A stretch of DNA of 64,000 nt from Acidimicrobiaceae bacterium (GCA_002729125.1 PBTQ01000008.1:24-64023); one strand, 5' to 3'. Shown: positions 27,084-36,366, numbered from the stretch's first letter. Numbers and translations: made by a program. Notes: generated by a model not told the origin, from the sequence alone.

Positions 27084-27159
27084 GCCTCAGAGGTTACCGA
27101 CAGCGGCACGCAGGCCGTGGTGCGGTCGGTAACCGACTCCAGCGCCAACCCCTGAACCG

Positions 27160-27204
27160 CCGCCAGAAAACCTGAAGCGGGCCACCCCGAAAGGAGTGGC
27201 CCGC
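27160..27204 (-). terminator. probable intrinsic terminator downstream of recA
   Basis: On the minus strand, a GCGGGCCAC-loop-GUGGCCCGC hairpin (27177-27185 / 27196-27204) is followed by UUCAGGUUUUCUGG. It lies about 160 nt after the recA stop. Confidence 0.55.
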
Positions 27205-27362
27205 TCTCACGCCCAAGCGCTCGCCAATTGGCACCGCCGGCATCGGGGAAGGATCCAGACAGCACCGTGCGTCACGCCCGGGCGGGGAGATGAAGGTGGA
27301 TCGTTGTTCACCTTCGTGTGACCGGTTGGCCAGATGGTGCCGACCGTGGGGTCGCTGCTCGG

Positions 27363-28433
27363 CTAGTCGTCGAGGGCGATCGGCATATCGTCAGCGTCGG
27401 AAAACTCTTCGTCCTCATCGACGTCGGCGATATCGGCCGCCTCTTCCTCGTCGGGCATGACCGCCTTCCAGACACGGTCGGAGATCTCGACCATGACCTC
27501 GGGATTCTCCGTGAGGTACTTCTTGGCGTTCTCCCGGCCCTGGCCGAGTTGCTCGCCGTCGTAGGTGTACCAGGCACCCGACTTCTTCACGATCGCCTCT
27601 TCGACGGCAAGGTCGAGGACGGAACCCTCACGAGAGATACCGGTGCCGTACATGATGTCGAACTCGGCCTGCTTGAACGGCGGGCTGACTTTGTTTTTCA
27701 CGACCTTCACTCGAGTGCGGTTGCCCACGACCTCGACGCCATCCTTGATCGACTCGATACGGCGAATGTCGAGACGCACCGACGAGTAGAACTTCAGCGC
27801 ACGGCCGCCCGGCGTAGTTTCGGGTGAGCCGAACATGACACCGATCTTCTCGCGCAACTGGTTGATGAAGATACAGATCGTCTTGGACTTGTTGAGGTTG
27901 CCGGTGAGCTTGCGCAACGCCTGCGACATGAGTCGGGCCTGGAGACCGACGTGGGTGTCGCCCATCTCGCCTTCGATCTCGGCGCGGGGCGTGAGCGCTG
28001 CCACCGAGTCGATCACGACGACGTCGAGCGCACCGGAACGGATGAGCATGTCGGTGATCTCGAGCGCCTGTTCACCGGTGTCGGGCTGCGAGATCAGCAG
28101 CTCATCGATGTCGACACCGATAGCCTTGGCGTAAACCGGATCCATGGCGTGTTCGGCATCGATGTAGGCACAGGTACCGCCATTGCGCTGCGCCTCGGCC
28201 ACAACATGGGTGGCAAGGGTGCTCTTGCCCGAGGACTCCGGGCCGTAGATCTCGGTGATACGGCCTCGCGGCAAGCCACCGATACCGAGGGCAAGGTCAA
28301 GGGCCAAGGCGCCGGTCGGCACCGACTCGATGGCCATCGTCGTCTTGTCGCCCATCTTCATGACGGAGCCCTTGCCGAACTGCTTCTCGATCTGGCCGAG
28401 CGCCATATCCAGCGCCTTGTCTCGATCCACCAT
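27363..28433 (-). CDS. recA: recombinase RecA
   Basis: ATG at 28433 is preceded by AGAGGAAAAACG. The product reads [28 protein letters not shown]..., has Walker [10 protein letters not shown] and the L1/L2 loops, and shows no intein. Confidence 0.97.
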   Translation of the reverse strand: MVDRDKALDMALGQIEKQFGKGSVMKMGDKTTMAIESVPTGALALDLALGIGGLPRGRITEIYGPESSGKSTLATHVVAEAQRNGGTCAYIDAEHAMDPVYAKAIGVDIDELLISQPDTGEQALEITDMLIRSGALDVVVIDSVAALTPRAEIEGEMGDTHVGLQARLMSQALRKLTGNLNKSKTICIFINQLREKIGVMFGSPETTPGGRALKFYSSVRLDIRRIESIKDGVEVVGNRTRVKVVKNKVSPPFKQAEFDIMYGTGISREGSVLDLAVEEAIVKKSGAWYTYDGEQLGQGRENAKKYLTENPEVMVEISDRVWKAVMPDEEEAADIADVDEDEEFSDADDMPIALDD

Positions 28434-28500
28434 CGTTTTTCCTCTGCTGTGTGCTGCCCAGCTGAACCGGGCGTTGGTTGCCTTGGGGGGTGTGGGGTCG

Positions 28501-28530
28501 AACCTACGGAGGGGGTGTGACACGCCCGGA
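28501..28530 (-). promoter_or_regulatory. RecA-NDp/PafBC-like promoter motif (copy 2 of the shared 20-mer) with TAGGTT -10
   Basis: The minus strand reads TCCGGGCGTGTCACAC-CCCCTCCG-TAGGTT, which is TGTCACAC, N8, then TAnnnT. GGGGGTGTGACAC-N-CCCGGA is shared with 17638-17657. Confidence 0.5.
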
Positions 28531-28562
28531 CCAGTGGGAACGAATAACAGTAACGTAATTGC

Positions 28563-28574
28563 GAACAGTTGTTC
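28563..28574. promoter_or_regulatory. LexA (SOS) box upstream of recA
   Basis: Perfect GAACAGTTGTTC, about 130 nt upstream of the recA ATG. Confidence 0.8.
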
Positions 28575-28733
28575 GGTCAAGGACCGAACACGAGGAAATC
28601 ACGAGATCGCTCCACCGAGCAGGGTTTTCGGCAGAAACGAGATCAGAACCAGCCCCTCCTGCGTTTCCTCTTATGGGTCCGTTGATGCGAAACTTGCTTG
28701 GCACCACGCACTGAAGAGGCCAGGAGGCCCCCA

Positions 28734-29138
28734 ATGGCTGAGACCAGCAGCTTCACCGAAGCCGAACTCCGCGAGCGTCTGACGCCCGAGCAGTACGTCG
28801 TCACCCAGCAAGCGGGTACCGAACGAGCCTTCACCGGCGAGTACTGGGACTGCCACGACGACGGCACCTACCACTGTGTCGTCTGCGAAATCCCGCTCTT
28901 CTCCAGCGACACCAAGTACGAGTCCGGCTCAGGCTGGCCGTCGTTCTTCGAAGCCGTCGGCCCTGACGTCATCAAGATCCGCACCGACACCAGCCACAGC
29001 ATGATCCGTGAAGAAGCCGTGTGCGCCAACTGCGGCGCCCACCTCGGTCACCGGTTCCCCGACGGACCGGCTCCCACCGGTGAGCGCTACTGCATGAACA
29101 GCGCCGCCATGCGACTCGACCGAGACAACGCCGAGTGA
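28734..29138 (+). CDS. msrB: peptide-methionine (R)-S-oxide reductase
   Basis: ATG at 28734 (MAETSSFTEAELRERLTPEQYVVTQQAGTERAFTGEYW...). Two CxxC pairs are present (CVVCEIPLF, CANCGAHLGHRF), along with GWPSF and the catalytic RYCMNS. Confidence 0.9.
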   Translation: MAETSSFTEAELRERLTPEQYVVTQQAGTERAFTGEYWDCHDDGTYHCVVCEIPLFSSDTKYESGSGWPSFFEAVGPDVIKIRTDTSHSMIREEAVCANCGAHLGHRFPDGPAPTGERYCMNSAAMRLDRDNAE

Positions 29139-29345
29139 GGCTCGTGGTGTGTCGAGAATGCTCCTCTGACCTGAGTTTTGTGATGGCTGCCGAGTTTCGG
29201 TGATATCGGAAACATCGGAATGGTCAGGCCAGGCAGCAGGCGCCCTGGTCCCGCCGGGTTTACGGCGGGCGTGGATGGCATGGTCAAGATCAAGCTAACC
29301 ACCGGAACCGACTACGCTGCGGGTCCAGCTTGAAGAAGGGGCAAC

Positions 29346-29684
29346 ATGCGGCGCATAGAGATTTTCGCCGTGGGAATGTTCGTGTTTGTCGGCCTCATTG
29401 GATTCTTTAGTTCGATCTTCGGGGACGTAGAGGGTACGGGAGAATGGGATTGGGTCGTCGGGCTCGCATTCGTCGCGGTCGGACTTTTTTTCTACGCTTT
29501 TTTCGTGAGAGACCTGAAGAAGCAGGGGTGCCCCAACTGGTGCTCTTCGGATACTTCAGTCTTGGCTCGTCGGCGTTTTCATCGTTTCGGCGACGCCGGC
29601 GAGACAGACGACGGTTTAAACATCCTCGAGTGCTCCAGATGCGGGGTGAGGCGGAACGCTCCAAAGTGGATGTACATCCCGTAG
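29346..29684 (+). CDS. orphan small membrane protein with C-terminal 4-Cys zinc-ribbon-like motif
   Basis: 112 aa. GAAGGGG lies 6 nt upstream of the ATG. Two predicted TM helices are followed by CPNWC...CSRC. GC content and codon usage are visibly lower than the neighbours. T7 (29485-29491) and T6 (29498-29503) runs lie inside the ORF. No family recognised. Confidence 0.45.
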   Translation: MRRIEIFAVGMFVFVGLIGFFSSIFGDVEGTGEWDWVVGLAFVAVGLFFYAFFVRDLKKQGCPNWCSSDTSVLARRRFHRFGDAGETDDGLNILECSRCGVRRNAPKWMYIP

Positions 29685-29860
29685 CTCTCGAGCTGAGGCG
29701 GCGGTGTCGGGTCCATTGACTCAAACACGTGCGGGCTCACTCCCCTGACCCGGTGCGAACAGGCGTCGCATCGCTCGACAGCTTCCGTTGGGCTGTGGCT
29801 TCCCGCCACTGAAGCACTCGGCGGCGGGCCTTCCGAAGTCTGGCGGCTCCGACCGCAGGC

Positions 29861-29933
29861 GGCTCCGACCGGTGAGCGTTATTGCATGAACCGGGCAGCC
29901 ATGCGTCTCAACCGAGGCAATGCAGAGGCCTGA
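29861..29933 (+). pseudogene. displaced, diverged second copy of the msrB 3' end
   Basis: It translates as (A)PTGERYCMNRAAMRLNRGNAEA*, against APTGERYCMNSAAMRLDRDNAE* at the real msrB end (29069-29138). Nucleotide identity is roughly four-fifths by eye. No upstream msrB body is present. Confidence 0.6.
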
Positions 29934-29996
29934 CCTGGCGGCCATCGCCCCGGTGGGTGTCAGGGAAACCGCCGGGGCGGCCGGTACGGTAGGCGG

Positions 29997-31568
29997 GTGC
30001 CCCGCCCGACGTCGTTCGCTGAGCTCGGTGTCCCGGCGGCCATCGTCGAGGCGCTGAACGCCTCCGGAATCACACAGCCGTTCGCCATCCAAGCCGAGAC
30101 CATCCCCGATCTGATCGAGGGACGCGACGTCATCGGTCGGGCCCCAACCGGATCGGGAAAGACGCTGGCGTTCGGCATCCCTGCCGTTGCGATGGCGCTC
30201 GAACGCGGCCCGGCCCGCAAAAAACGCCCCCGGGTCCTGATCCTTGCGCCGACCCGCGAACTCGCCGGCCAGATCCACGACGAACTCGCCCCGATGCTCG
30301 CCGCTGTCGGGGGCCACGGACTCGCCGTCTACGGCGGTGTCGGCCTTCAACCCCAGATCAACCGACTCTCTAGCGGCGTCGACGTGCTCGTCGCAACGCC
30401 CGGCCGACTCGAGGATCTGATTCAGCAGCGGGTCGTGTCGCTCGCCGAGGTCGAGTACGTCGTCATCGACGAGGCTGACCGCATGGCCGACATGGGGTTC
30501 ATGCCGGCGGTGAAGCGACTGCTCGATCAGGCCGGCGACGACCCACAAACCGTGCTCTATTCGGCGACACTCGATGGCGAGGTTGCCAAGCTTACGAAGG
30601 CCTACCAGTCCAATCCAGTACGGCACGAGGTCGGTGAAGCGACCCCCGATCTCGACAAGATGACCCACTACTTCTGGAAGCTTCCTCGCCCGGAACGCGT
30701 TCCGCTCTGCGCATCGGTTATCGCCACATTCGGCCGAACGATCGTGTTCACCCGCACACGACACGGCGCCGACCGTGCCGCCCGCCAACTCACCCGGGCC
30801 GGCGTGCCGGCGGTGCCGATCCATGGCAACCGCTCACAAAACCAGCGCCAGCGAGCCCTCGACGACTTCGCCCAGGGCAAGGCAGCGGCCCTGGTCGCCA
30901 CCGATGTCGCCGCCCGAGGCATCCATGTCGACGCAGTCGAGTGTGTCGTGCACTTCGACCCGGTCGACGAGGACTCCGCCTACGTCCACCGTTCCGGGCG
31001 CACGGCCCGAGCAGGCGCTCGCGGCACGGTCGTGTCGTTCGTGGATCCCGGCCAGATCAAGGACGTCCAGAAGATGAAGCGGCGGCTCGAACTGCCGCAG
31101 GAGATCACTCCGCCGCCCGACATTGACGGCACACCACTCCCTCATGAGGGGACGGCCACCGACATGGCGCCGATCCAGAGACGCACGGCACCACACGATC
31201 GCGAACGAACGCCCGACGACCGTCCTCGCAGGTCCAGCGGCCAGGCTCAGAAGCGGGGCGCCAAGCCCGTCGCCAAAGCCAAGAAGCGCAAGCCCAATCG
31301 GGGCGGCCAGGGCGACCAGGGCGGCCAGCGTCGTGACCAGCCCAGCGAAGGCAGCCGCAAGTCCCATCGCAAGGGCGGCAACGGCCCGGGGCCGAAACCG
31401 GGCAAGAGGGCCACCAAGAAGCGTGCTGGCCCGAATCGAGGCCCCAAGCAGGGAGGACCGAAGGCGGATGGTGGGCGGCCGCCCCAGAAGCGTTCAGGTG
31501 GTCGACCCGGTCAAGGCAAGGGGGGCCAGGGCGGCCAGCGCCCCCGTGGTCAAGGCCGCACCTCGTAG
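29997..31568 (+). CDS. DEAD-box ATP-dependent RNA helicase with basic R/G/K/Q-rich C-terminal tail
   Basis: GTG start. Motifs present: Q-motif (FAELGVP...GITQPFAIQ), motif I APTGSGKT, motif II VIDEADRM, SAT, and HRSGRTARAG. The ~150-aa low-complexity tail is basic. Confidence 0.9.
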   Translation: MPRPTSFAELGVPAAIVEALNASGITQPFAIQAETIPDLIEGRDVIGRAPTGSGKTLAFGIPAVAMALERGPARKKRPRVLILAPTRELAGQIHDELAPMLAAVGGHGLAVYGGVGLQPQINRLSSGVDVLVATPGRLEDLIQQRVVSLAEVEYVVIDEADRMADMGFMPAVKRLLDQAGDDPQTVLYSATLDGEVAKLTKAYQSNPVRHEVGEATPDLDKMTHYFWKLPRPERVPLCASVIATFGRTIVFTRTRHGADRAARQLTRAGVPAVPIHGNRSQNQRQRALDDFAQGKAAALVATDVAARGIHVDAVECVVHFDPVDEDSAYVHRSGRTARAGARGTVVSFVDPGQIKDVQKMKRRLELPQEITPPPDIDGTPLPHEGTATDMAPIQRRTAPHDRERTPDDRPRRSSGQAQKRGAKPVAKAKKRKPNRGGQGDQGGQRRDQPSEGSRKSHRKGGNGPGPKPGKRATKKRAGPNRGPKQGGPKADGGRPPQKRSGGRPGQGKGGQGGQRPRGQGRTS

Positions 31569-32617
31569 TACCGGTTCATCACGTCGACATCGAACTCGCG
31601 ACTGACGAACCCGGTAAAGCCGGCGGCCTGCGTCATCTCCTCGAACACACTAGTGGTCAGGCCGAGTGTGCCGAGTCCTGCGCCGCCGGGCTCCGACAAG
31701 GCCGATGACATGCAGTACAGGATCGACATGCCGTACATCAGCGGCAGGACAGGGATAGCCCGGTTCTCCTCGAGGCCGCCGCGTGCGCGGATGTCGGCGA
31801 CCATCCAGACGCCGTCGTCGGCGAGGCATCCGCGCGCCAACCGCACCGCTGCACCAGGACGAGGAAGGTCGTGGATGACGTCGAGGGTGAGGAGCAGGTC
31901 GATATCGGCGAACTCGCCGAGATCGTCGAAGGTGCCCTGCCGGAACGACAGATTGTCGAGGCCCGCTTCAGCGGCGCTAGCAGATGCGGCAGCGATCGCG
32001 TGGCTCGAGGGGTCCATCCCGATCACGGTGGTATTCGGAAACGCCTGCGCGACCGTCGTCGCTGCGACGCCTGCGCCACATCCGATGTCGACAACGGTCG
32101 CCCCGACCCGGAGGCGTTCGGTCATGGCCTCGATTGAGTCCAAGATGACCGGGACGAGATAGGCCTTCTGCCCGCCTGCACCCATCGCAGCCTGGAAATG
32201 ACATGTCTCGGCACCGTGTTCGTCCCAGGTCATGCCGATGCCGCTGGAGAACGCCTCGATCGTGCGATCGATCTCGTGCTGAGTGATGGGTGGCCCGAAG
32301 ACACCAGCCTGATATTGCGGATGATCGGGCTGGGCCAGCACCACGGAGGCCTCGGGCGTCAGCATGAACTCGCCATCGTCATGTTGGGCGAGATCGAGTG
32401 AGCTCAGAAGGAACAGAAACTCTCGAAGCCAGCGCTCGTGGAGACCGGTCGTCTCGGCGAAGGCGAATGAGGTCGTCGGCCCGGCCTCGTCGAGGGCGGT
32501 GAAGAGGCCGAGTTTGTGGCCGACGTGCAGCACCATACTGGCGACCTCTCCCTCCTTGAGCTTGAAGAGGCTGAAGACGGTGAGGCCCAATTGACCGAGA
32601 TCGAGTTCCGTACGCAT
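31550..32617 (-). CDS. class I SAM-dependent methyltransferase with N-terminal winged-helix (Rv2258c-like)
   Basis: 355 aa with the SAM motif VVDIGCGAGVA and an N-terminal dimerisation/wHTH-like region. It overlaps the helicase 3' end by 19 nt in convergent orientation. Confidence 0.75.
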   Translation of the reverse strand: MRTELDLGQLGLTVFSLFKLKEGEVASMVLHVGHKLGLFTALDEAGPTTSFAFAETTGLHERWLREFLFLLSSLDLAQHDDGEFMLTPEASVVLAQPDHPQYQAGVFGPPITQHEIDRTIEAFSSGIGMTWDEHGAETCHFQAAMGAGGQKAYLVPVILDSIEAMTERLRVGATVVDIGCGAGVAATTVAQAFPNTTVIGMDPSSHAIAAASASAAEAGLDNLSFRQGTFDDLGEFADIDLLLTLDVIHDLPRPGAAVRLARGCLADDGVWMVADIRARGGLEENRAIPVLPLMYGMSILYCMSSALSEPGGAGLGTLGLTTSVFEEMTQAAGFTGFVSREFDVDVMNRYYEVRP

Positions 32618-32705
32618 GGCCGGGAGTATCCCTCGTGCCCGCTCCGAGCACCACCCGTGGATCCGTCGAGATCAAACCCTCTGGACGTCGAACAGCTTCA
32701 CGGTG

Positions 32706-35141
32706 TCACCAGCGACTGGGGCCAAGGACCTTGACCTGACGTTCAGTCTTGGCGGGCACAAGATCTCGCTTCGAGGCCTCGATGTCGAACGGCACCGGGT
32801 TAGGGTCGAGTTTCTTGGGATCCTCGTCGTCGGCCATCTGAGCGAGGAGAGCTCCCGGGCCGCCGAGTGAACTGAGCGAACCAAACCAGGCGAGTGTGAC
32901 CGTTTCGACGGCTCCCAGTTTGGCGACCCGCACCCCTTGCCCGCCTCGGCCCTTGGACTCGAATTCCTCATACGGCGTGGCCTTCGCAGCCGAGTCGGAG
33001 GTGATCGTGAGCATGACGCCGTCGCCGATCGCCGGACCCGCGCCAACGATCTCGGCACCTGCCTTGAGCTTCATGCCTGCGACACCTCCCGCACCTCGAC
33101 CCTGCACGGAAATGGAGTCGAGCGGCATGCGCAGAACCTGGCCATCGGAAGCGACGGCGATCACGTCGACCCCGGCAGGCGCCCGGAACGTCGCGACCAC
33201 TCGATCGCCATCCCTGAGCCCTATCACTGGCTTGCCAGACTTCGTTCCGAGCACCTCATCGGCGGTGACCTGCTTTGCAACGCCCCGGGCAGTGACGAGG
33301 ACGAGATTTTCCTCGCCCACCCCGATGAGTGCGAGTGCGCCCTCGCCCTTGTTCAGGCCGAGCTGCTGAGCAGCGGCGTTGCCGCGGGTGCGGCCAGCGG
33401 CGTCAGCCGCTTCACCGGCTTGGAAGATGAACGCACGACCCTCAGAGGTCACTGCAGCGATCGCGGTGCCGGTCGACGTGACCAGCGCGGACGCGATGAG
33501 GTCGTGGCGGCCAGCCACGCCCTTCTTGGCGCCTTCGGTCGGGACCCGGCCAAGGTTGCCCGAGGACGACAGGGTGACGACACACGGTTCGTCGCTGTCA
33601 ATGTCGAACGAGGTGTCGTTCTCCTTGGGGCGCTCGAAGACCGGAATATCATCGGCGGTGATGATCTCGGCCCGGCGATCCTGGCCGTGCTTATCAACAA
33701 GTTCGCCGAGCTCTATCAGCACGAGCTTTCGACGGCGATCCTCGCTGCCGAGCAACCGTTCGTACTCGGCGATGTCGGCGCGCAGGCCGGCGGCTTCGTC
33801 TTCGAGCTCGAGCTTGGCGAGCGCAGTGAGGCGACGCAGAGGCATGTCGAGGATGTGCGTGGCCTGGATGACCGACAGCTCGAAGCGTTCAACGAGGCGA
33901 TCACGGGCTTCGCCGGCGTTCTCCGACGAGCGAATGATGGCAACCACCTCGTCGATCGCATCGAGGGCGATCAGGAGACCTTCGAGGATGTGGAGGCGAT
34001 CCTGCGCCTTCTCCAGTCGAAACTGGGTTCGGCGGACGATGACCTCGAGGCGATGCTCGAGATAGGCGCGGCACAGGTCGTAGAGCCCGAGCGTGGTGGG
34101 CACGCCGTCGACGAGCACCACATTATTGATGCCGAACGACTCCTCGAGCGGGGTGAGGCGATAGAGCTCCTGGAGCACCGCCTGTGGATTCACAGCTGGC
34201 TTCACGTCGATCTGGATCATGAGGCCGTTCATGTCGGACAGATCGGCAATGCCCTCGATGCCAACGAGCTTGCCGTTGTTGGCGAGCTCTTGAACCTTTC
34301 CAATCACCCGCTCCGGGCCCACGAGGTAGGGCAGCTCGGTCACGATGATCGACTGGCGATTGCGTGAGGTCTGTTCCACGTGGGCTTTCGCCCGGATACG
34401 GAACGTTCCACGGCCCGTCTCATAGGCATCGCGAAGGCCGTCGTCGACGACGATGCCGCCCGACGGAAAGTCGGGACCGGGAAGCACAGCCATGAGGTCG
34501 TCGATTGTCGGCTTGGGCCGACGCTTGGTCATGACGATCTCGATCGCGTCGGCGACCTCGCGCAGATTGTGCGGGGCCATGTTGGTGGCCATACCCACGG
34601 CAATGCCGCTGGTGCCGTTAACGAGAATGTTGGGCAGCGCCGCCGGCAACACGACCGGCTCATCGCCCTCGCCGTCGTAGGTGGTGCGGAAGTCGACCGT
34701 GTCCTCGTCGAGTTCGCGGACCATGTCCATCGCCGGCTCGGCGAGACGGCACTCGGTGTAACGCGCAGCGGCGGGTGGATCGTCGAGCGAACCGAAATTG
34801 CCCTGCGGATCGATGAACGGAACCATCCGCGAAAAGTCCTGACCCATGCGAGTCAAGGTGTCGTAGATGGCAGCGTCGCCGTGCGGGTGGTAGCGGCCCA
34901 TCGTGTCGCCCACGATGCGGGCCGACTTGCGGTACGGCGTGCCGGGACGGATGCCCATCTGCAACATTGACCAGAGAATGCGGCGCTGCACCGGCTTCAG
35001 GCCGTCGCGAACATCGGGAATGGCACGAGACGTGATAACCGCGAGGGAATAGGCGAGGAAACTCTCGCTCATCTCCTCGGCAACGGAGACCTCAACGACT
35101 TCGCGAGCGAACCCACCGTCGAATTCAAGCTGTCGAGACAT
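32706..35141 (-). CDS. type IIA topoisomerase subunit A (ParC/GyrA family; topo IV-like paralogue)
   Basis: 811 aa with AIPDVRDGLKPVQRRILW, the catalytic Tyr context AARYTECRL and a beta-pinwheel C-terminal domain. No subunit B gene is adjacent. Confidence 0.88.
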   Translation of the reverse strand: MSRQLEFDGGFAREVVEVSVAEEMSESFLAYSLAVITSRAIPDVRDGLKPVQRRILWSMLQMGIRPGTPYRKSARIVGDTMGRYHPHGDAAIYDTLTRMGQDFSRMVPFIDPQGNFGSLDDPPAAARYTECRLAEPAMDMVRELDEDTVDFRTTYDGEGDEPVVLPAALPNILVNGTSGIAVGMATNMAPHNLREVADAIEIVMTKRRPKPTIDDLMAVLPGPDFPSGGIVVDDGLRDAYETGRGTFRIRAKAHVEQTSRNRQSIIVTELPYLVGPERVIGKVQELANNGKLVGIEGIADLSDMNGLMIQIDVKPAVNPQAVLQELYRLTPLEESFGINNVVLVDGVPTTLGLYDLCRAYLEHRLEVIVRRTQFRLEKAQDRLHILEGLLIALDAIDEVVAIIRSSENAGEARDRLVERFELSVIQATHILDMPLRRLTALAKLELEDEAAGLRADIAEYERLLGSEDRRRKLVLIELGELVDKHGQDRRAEIITADDIPVFERPKENDTSFDIDSDEPCVVTLSSSGNLGRVPTEGAKKGVAGRHDLIASALVTSTGTAIAAVTSEGRAFIFQAGEAADAAGRTRGNAAAQQLGLNKGEGALALIGVGEENLVLVTARGVAKQVTADEVLGTKSGKPVIGLRDGDRVVATFRAPAGVDVIAVASDGQVLRMPLDSISVQGRGAGGVAGMKLKAGAEIVGAGPAIGDGVMLTITSDSAAKATPYEEFESKGRGGQGVRVAKLGAVETVTLAWFGSLSSLGGPGALLAQMADDEDPKKLDPNPVPFDIEASKRDLVPAKTERQVKVLGPSRW

Positions 35142-35208
35142 GGCGCCGACCGTAGTCAGGGGCTGCGACCCTTAGGTGGAGGGGCGGATGCCTCGGCTCG
35201 TCGTGCGC

Positions 35209-36333
35209 TCAGCTCAACGTCTTGAGGTACTCGGTGACGAGCGGCAGGCCAGCGTCGAAGGCCTCCGACTTGTTCCCGAAACCGACCCGAACGAAGCCCT
35301 CTATGCCCAAGGCGCTGCCGGGCGTGAACATCACACTGCTGGCGCCCTCGGCGAGGCCAACACAGAACATGCGAGAGGTCAGGTCGGCGTCATAGCGCAG
35401 CAAGGTGACCGTGCCGCCCTGCGGACGGACCCACGAGACACGGGGCTCCGTCTCGACCCACGCAGTGAGCGTGTTGAGGTTCGCTCGCACGAGCGCCCGG
35501 TTGCGAACAAGGATCGCCTCGGCGTTCTCCAGCGCGAGCGATGCAAGATGATCGTCGATCATGCCGACGCTGATCGTGTTGTAGTCGCGGTGGATCGTAA
35601 CGTCGTGCAGGAGGTCGGCTGGTCCGGCGATCCAGCCGAGGCGAAGCCCGGCGAGCGAGAACGCTTTCGACATCGACCCGACAGCGATCGTCCGATCGGA
35701 GAGGTCGACCACCGACACCGTCGTGCCGCTCCCCTGCTGATCGATACCCCGGTAGACCTCATCGCAGAGCAGCCAGGCGCCAGCTCGCTCACACGCATCG
35801 GCGATCATCTGCAGCGTCGGCCGCTCGAGCAGTGCTCCGGTCGGGTTGTTCGGGTTGGTAAGCGAGACGACCTTCGTCCCTGGCGTGATCGCAGCGACGA
35901 GCTCATCGACATCGAGCTGCCAACCGTGCTCCTCGCGCAGGGGCACCCGGGTGACGTTCGCCCCGAGCGACTCGGGGATCGATGTGTGCTGCTGATAGCT
36001 CGGCACGACCGACACGACATGGTCGCCCGGCTCGACCAGCGCCAGGTACACAAGCTGATTCGCCCCGATGGCGCCGTGGGTGACCAGCGTATTCTCCCCG
36101 GTCTGGCGCTCGTACAGGGCGGCAATCGCCGAGCGCAGACGATCGGATCCCTCGATCGCTCCGTACGTCAACTTCATCCCGAGGAGTTCGTGGAGATGCT
36201 CAGGTGTCTGACCTGACATCTGCAGGAGCTCCTCGACGGTGATCGAGTCACAGCAAGTCTCAGCCAGGTTGTGTCGGCAGCGGGTCTCGTATTCGTTCAT
36301 CCACTGCTCGACGCCGAACGGGGCGATCTGCAT
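35209..36333 (-). CDS. PLP-dependent aminotransferase, class I/II
   Basis: 374 aa with TNPNNPTG and SMSKAFSLAGLRLGW (PLP Lys). Substrate unknown. Confidence 0.85.
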   Translation of the reverse strand: MQIAPFGVEQWMNEYETRCRHNLAETCCDSITVEELLQMSGQTPEHLHELLGMKLTYGAIEGSDRLRSAIAALYERQTGENTLVTHGAIGANQLVYLALVEPGDHVVSVVPSYQQHTSIPESLGANVTRVPLREEHGWQLDVDELVAAITPGTKVVSLTNPNNPTGALLERPTLQMIADACERAGAWLLCDEVYRGIDQQGSGTTVSVVDLSDRTIAVGSMSKAFSLAGLRLGWIAGPADLLHDVTIHRDYNTISVGMIDDHLASLALENAEAILVRNRALVRANLNTLTAWVETEPRVSWVRPQGGTVTLLRYDADLTSRMFCVGLAEGASSVMFTPGSALGIEGFVRVGFGNKSEAFDAGLPLVTEYLKTLS

Positions 36334-36366
36334 GGCAGTGAGGCTAGACCAGCGATCGCGCCAGGC

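Noticed and set aside
29721-30824. 367-aa minus-strand ORF
   Set aside because: Antisense to the DEAD-box helicase, which has a full motif set. The product is R/G-rich.
32937-34367. 476-aa plus-strand ORF
   Set aside because: Antisense shadow of the ParC/GyrA-family gene.
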